Positions 58,871 through 60,392 of a DNA stretch of 60,392 nucleotides are shown piece after piece. The notes below the pieces were generated by a model that had not been told where the DNA came from, did not search any database, and worked only from the letters and a program-made list of their open reading frames with translations. The first letter of the stretch is position 1. Each line of letters starts with the position of its first letter. Source of the stretch: Nemertoderma westbladi (Eukaryota; Animalia; Xenacoelomorpha); assembly GCA_032718475.1 (NCBI GenBank), contig JAUCBJ010005821.1, positions 1 to 60,392 on the forward strand, in the 5' to 3' direction. Position numbers and translations under genes: made by a program.

Positions 58871-60392
58871 TGTTAGCGAATTCAATTCCACTAACCACCC
58901 CACAAAGTTGGCTTTAAGCAATATTGGGAGTACAAGGTTGATTACCAATCAACCTTGTATCACCCCAATAAGCGGGGCGACAAACCCCAAAGGAACACAC
59001 ACACAGCGGGGGTCAGAGGTTACACCTCCGGGAGAGAGAGAGTGATAGCAGCAGGGGAAACACTCCCAGAGAGATGGGAGGGTGAGAAATGAGTTATTAG
59101 CCAATGGGGGGAAGGCATCCACTGAGTAATGTAATACGGCCAACCAGTGCAATATATATTACCATCTATTGTATCATTCATTCACTTTAGTAAGTCAGTT
59201 AGTTAGGGCAGTACGGTAACTCTTAGCACCGTCCACTGCCACCATCATTCACTTTACTTTATATGCTATACCATCTGACTGTGCTTGTACTTTATCCATC
59301 TTACCATTTATATTATATACCTATCGGACGATTAACAAGATCAGAACTATTAAACAATCCTTTCACATATACACGGCGGGACGCGTAGCTAAGACAACCG
59401 GATAAACCGGGATCCTCGGTGGATCCCGTCACAGTGCTAAGATCCAGTCAGCTGCCCGATACCGAGTGATAAGATTCCAAGCTACCTCAAACTTTAACTG
59501 CCAGCCACCGACAAAGAAGATGAGTCGAGAAGGATAAACGACACCGCCGCGGACCCCGGACGGCGACCTAACGATCCGTGAGGCCGCGACGCGACGGTAC
59601 CAACCCACGACGCCGGAGCCGTCGATCAGGGACGACCCGGGAACCCAAATGAGAGGGGGCCGTCTAGAACAAGAGGACGAGTCGGGAGAAGAGAGGGACG
59701 AGTCGACACACGACGGCAGTCGACGTGCCGATGTCGGTGGCCAGCCACAGGCCGAGGGCGACGGACAGCCCACCGGAACGGCGACGGTGGGGCCGCCGGT
59801 ACGACGCCGGACACGGAGGGATAGAGGAGACGTCGGCGACAAGGACGTCGGGGTTAGCGACCGGCTCCAACGGGCCTACAACGCGACCCGAAAGATTCTG
59901 AGAGAAGCCAAAGGAGGTGCCAAGATAGATCAGGTGAAGTTAGAGAAGCGGCTAGGTGAGTCGAACAAACATTTTGATTACTTAGTGCGCTTTGGGCAGG
60001 GAGAACTAGCCGATGAGAGAGCGAGAGGGGTTGCCAGCGAACTGTTTGAACTATGGGAATGTAGGGGTATGGAGCCTAGTGTAGTGTACGTAGGGCCATA
60101 CTTAGTCGATGCCCGGGGGGTCAAATTAGTGGGTTGGAGGGGACCGCAGGAGGGCGAATCCGAGGTTAAGCCCGAGGATTCGGTCTCGTCGGTCGGAGAG
60201 AAAGTTCTGGGAGGCGGGGAAAGTTAGTAGGATGGGAAGGCGGAGGGAGTCCGTCGTAACCGATAAGTCTGCTACATCCTCCGCAAAAGAAAGACGGGTG
60301 CGAGAAATAGATCTGGCGTGCCAACTCGATCTGGCGGCGCTAGACCAGAGAGAGTTAGAGAGACAGCTAGAGGAAGGGAGTGCGTTGCTAGA
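58871..60392 (+). mobile_element. 5' end of a second LTR retrotransposon, probably BEL/Pao, with disrupted gag
   Basis: Candidate LTR TG…CA 58871-59433 with TATA-like and ATTAAA motifs; downstream ORF has KPEDSVSSVG, then a Ser-rich and coiled-coil stretch as in BEL gag N-termini; stop at 60225. Confidence 0.55.

Overview
AT-rich invertebrate (metazoan) genomic DNA, not prokaryotic. The backbone is one large plus-strand spliced gene. I assembled 26 phase-compatible GT-AG exons by hand (8986-57304, about 1295 codons, both ends missing); they encode a mosaic extracellular-type protein with many Cys-rich EGF-like modules, two WSC-like domains and F-type-lectin (FTP)-like domains. Introns and flanks are packed with mobile DNA: two BEL/Pao LTR elements (the left one with an intact gag and pol joined by a UGA-CUAG readthrough-type stop), two RTE LINE families, Gypsy, CR1/L2, CRE and Academ-like relics, tRNA-derived SINEs, and several foldback/MITE elements with readable target-site duplications (IS3EU-like, Mutator-like, Kolobok-like, and a P-type footprint). 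A dead small-GTPase gene is nested antisense in the largest intron. The most unusual object is a 575-bp insertion (48199-48773, 13-bp TSD) with two inverted tRNA-like Pol III units, each carrying a complete minimal type I hammerhead ribozyme where the anticodon arm should be. Most long ORFs in the supplied track over the satellites are repeat artefacts. All calls are by eye; no searches were run.
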